Shown in pieces: positions 62,257-64,000 of a DNA stretch of 64,000 nt. Every line of letters begins with the position of its first letter. The stretch's first letter is position 1. The position numbers and the translations under genes are program-made. The stretch is from Candidatus Dormiibacterota bacterium (GTDB taxonomy: Bacteria > Chloroflexota > Dormibacteria > Aeolococcales > Aeolococcaceae), in contig CAVOMR010000003.1 of NCBI GenBank assembly GCA_963697085.1, forward strand, positions 1,282,745 through 1,346,744, in the 5' to 3' direction. Below the pieces are notes generated by a model. It worked only from the letters and a program-made list of their open reading frames with translations, was not told the origin of the DNA and did not search any database.

Positions 62257-63537
62257 GTGACTGCGATCGCAACCGTGCCTTCAAACACAGTGGCGGCGGG
62301 AAACCCGTGGCATAACGCGCAGCGGCAGTTCGACGAGGCTGCCGAGTTAATCCACCTCGCACCCGGCCTTTGCGCCGTGCTCCGCGAGGTGAAACGTCAG
62401 CTCATCGTCAGCTTCCCGGTGAAGATGGACGACGGATCGGTGCGCGTCTTTGAAGGCTATCGCGTCCAGCACAACATGGCCCGGGGGCCAGCCAAGGGCG
62501 GCATCCGATACCACCAAGGCGTGACCCTCGACGAGGTCAAGGCTTTGGCGATGTGGATGACATGGAAGTGCGCCATCGCCGGATTGCCGTTCGGAGGCGC
62601 CAAAGGTGGCATTGTGGTCGACCCCAAACGCCTCAGTGAGGGTGAATTGGAGCGGATGACCCGGCGCTACGCCACCGAGATCAGCGTCATCATCGGCCCC
62701 GAGTACGACATCCCTGCTCCAGACGTGAACACGTCGCCGAAGATCATGGCGTGGATCATGGACACGATCTCGATGGAACACGGATTCTCGATTCCGGCCG
62801 TGGTCACCGGCAAGCCGCTCTCCGTGGGCGGCAGCCAAGGGCGCAACGCGGCGACCGGCCGGGGCGTGATGTTCGTGGCACTCGAGGCGTGCCAGCGACT
62901 TGGTATCGACCCCAAGGGCTCGACCGTCGCCGTGCAGGGATTCGGGAACGCGGGGTCGATCGCGGCGCAGCTCATGGCTGCGCAGGGCTTCACTGTCGTA
63001 GCGGTTTCTGACAGCAGCGGCGCGATCCACAGTCCCGCTGGCCTCGACGTGGGTCGACTGATCGCGCACAAGAAATCGACAGGCAGCGTCACCGGCTTCC
63101 CCGGCGCGAGCGTCATCGCTGCTCATGAGGTCCTCGAGGTGCCGTGCGACGTGCTCGTGCCGGCCGCGCTGGAAAACCAGGTCACCAGCGAGAATGCTGG
63201 ACGTATTCAGGCTCAGCTCATCCTCGAGGCGGCGAACGGACCGCTCACTCCCGACGCAGACATCCTGCTGGAGCAACGTGGCATCACCGTGGTGCCGGAC
63301 GTCCTCGCCAACGCGGGTGGTGTCACCGTCTCGTACTTCGAATGGGTTCAGGATCTGCAATCCTTCTTCTGGGATGAGGACGAGATCAACGCTCGCCTCG
63401 AGAAGGTGATGCACCGGGCTTTCACTGAGGTTTGGGATATGTCGAAGCAGCACGGGGCCTCGCTGCGTCAAGGCGCCTACTTCCTCGCCATCGAGCGGGT
63501 CGCTGAGGCGACGACCGACCGCGGCATCTATCCCTGA
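62257..63537 (+). CDS. gdhA: Glutamate dehydrogenase (Glu/Leu/Phe/Val dehydrogenase family)
   Basis: GPAKGGIRYH, TWKCAIAGLPFGGAKGG and Rossmann GFGNAGS. The GTG at 62257 follows GGAGG. An alternative ATG is at 62218. Confidence 0.9.
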   Translation: MTAIATVPSNTVAAGNPWHNAQRQFDEAAELIHLAPGLCAVLREVKRQLIVSFPVKMDDGSVRVFEGYRVQHNMARGPAKGGIRYHQGVTLDEVKALAMWMTWKCAIAGLPFGGAKGGIVVDPKRLSEGELERMTRRYATEISVIIGPEYDIPAPDVNTSPKIMAWIMDTISMEHGFSIPAVVTGKPLSVGGSQGRNAATGRGVMFVALEACQRLGIDPKGSTVAVQGFGNAGSIAAQLMAAQGFTVVAVSDSSGAIHSPAGLDVGRLIAHKKSTGSVTGFPGASVIAAHEVLEVPCDVLVPAALENQVTSENAGRIQAQLILEAANGPLTPDADILLEQRGITVVPDVLANAGGVTVSYFEWVQDLQSFFWDEDEINARLEKVMHRAFTEVWDMSKQHGASLRQGAYFLAIERVAEATTDRGIYP

Positions 63538-64000
63538 TGTCCGATTGGTGTATCGAGCAATCGCTCGAGTGAGCCAAAAATAACGCATCCATTGCCGATC
63601 TCCCGTCGGATTGGCTTGAGCGGGTAGTGCAAAGTGTGGTCGCCGAAATGTTGACAATCGGCCACCGACGTCGTGACGCGCATCCTCGCATGGTTCCTGG
63701 CTAACGGTCGCGCGGTCGGGCGCTGGCCTCTGGAGTGAACGTCACCCTGGAAAGGTCCTACGTGTCGAAAGACGCGGACGCGCATCGGTTCTAGACGCAC
63801 GCGTTCGCTGCACTCGCTGCCACGTGGCTCCGCCGTTGTCAGGAGGGGTCGCGCCCAACACGGTGCTACGACGTGCGCGCCATCAACCTGAGCGTCCCTT
63901 TTGCCGTGCGTTCCCGACGAAGGACATGCGGCCAGTGTCTCCTGCTCTTCACTAGAGTGTTTTCACCCAGCGCGCAATATGACGGACGCCGTTCAACCAC

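Noticed and set aside
58921-63537. An integrated mobile element downstream of tRNA-Gln.
   Set aside because: Only the tandem att-like copy and a pseudogene fragment support this idea. There is no integrase, excisionase, transfer or phage gene, and no distal repeat copy seen in the window. It is reported only as a possible scar.

Overview
High-G+C, densely coded chromosomal segment with frequent GGAGG-type Shine-Dalgarno sites, ATGA/GTGA coupled starts and many long antisense shadow ORFs. The gene content looks Actinomycetota-like: a GlgE alpha-glucan operon, four DinB-superfamily proteins, an F420/LLM-type oxidoreductase, Holin-X and CsbD. This taxonomic placement is an inference only. Most of the window is housekeeping: glgE-treS-mak-glgB, a thioredoxin-like/CcdA pair, aconitase, LemA, RecJ, CobB, L25/Ctc, MscS, a CHAP cell-wall hydrolase, a peptide SBP, an ABC-F ATPase, MFS pumps, a GGDEF/EAL protein, a MarR-MFS pair, a Dyp peroxidase, QueC, class II RNR NrdJ, aldehyde dehydrogenase, OtsA, tRNA-Gln(CUG), a tryptophanase-family lyase and glutamate dehydrogenase. 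No rRNA, CRISPR array, integrase or transposase was seen.

Three observations stand out.

1. At 49321-52688 there is an orphan, translationally coupled two-gene cassette. The first protein is a PrgI/VirB3-like membrane module fused to a ParA/MinD/CpaE-like P-loop domain whose Walker A reads RGGTGRST. The second is a VirB4-family ATPase. Housekeeping genes sit on both sides, and no other type IV secretion or conjugation component is present in the window.

2. Four genes are broken by five single extra bases: nrdJ, a vWA protein (twice), a DipZ-like thioredoxin protein and a LemA-adjacent membrane protein. All five breaks lie at the heptamer GA(G/C)TTCG, and four of them lie at GA(G/C)TTCGA(A/T)C. 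This points to a DNA-level or sequencing-level cause, not to independent decay of each gene.

3. The 3' end of tRNA-Gln is followed by a perfect 15-bp tandem copy of itself. Further downstream is a decayed stretch containing a PLP-decarboxylase remnant.

All protein-family calls were made by eye from motifs. No searches were run.
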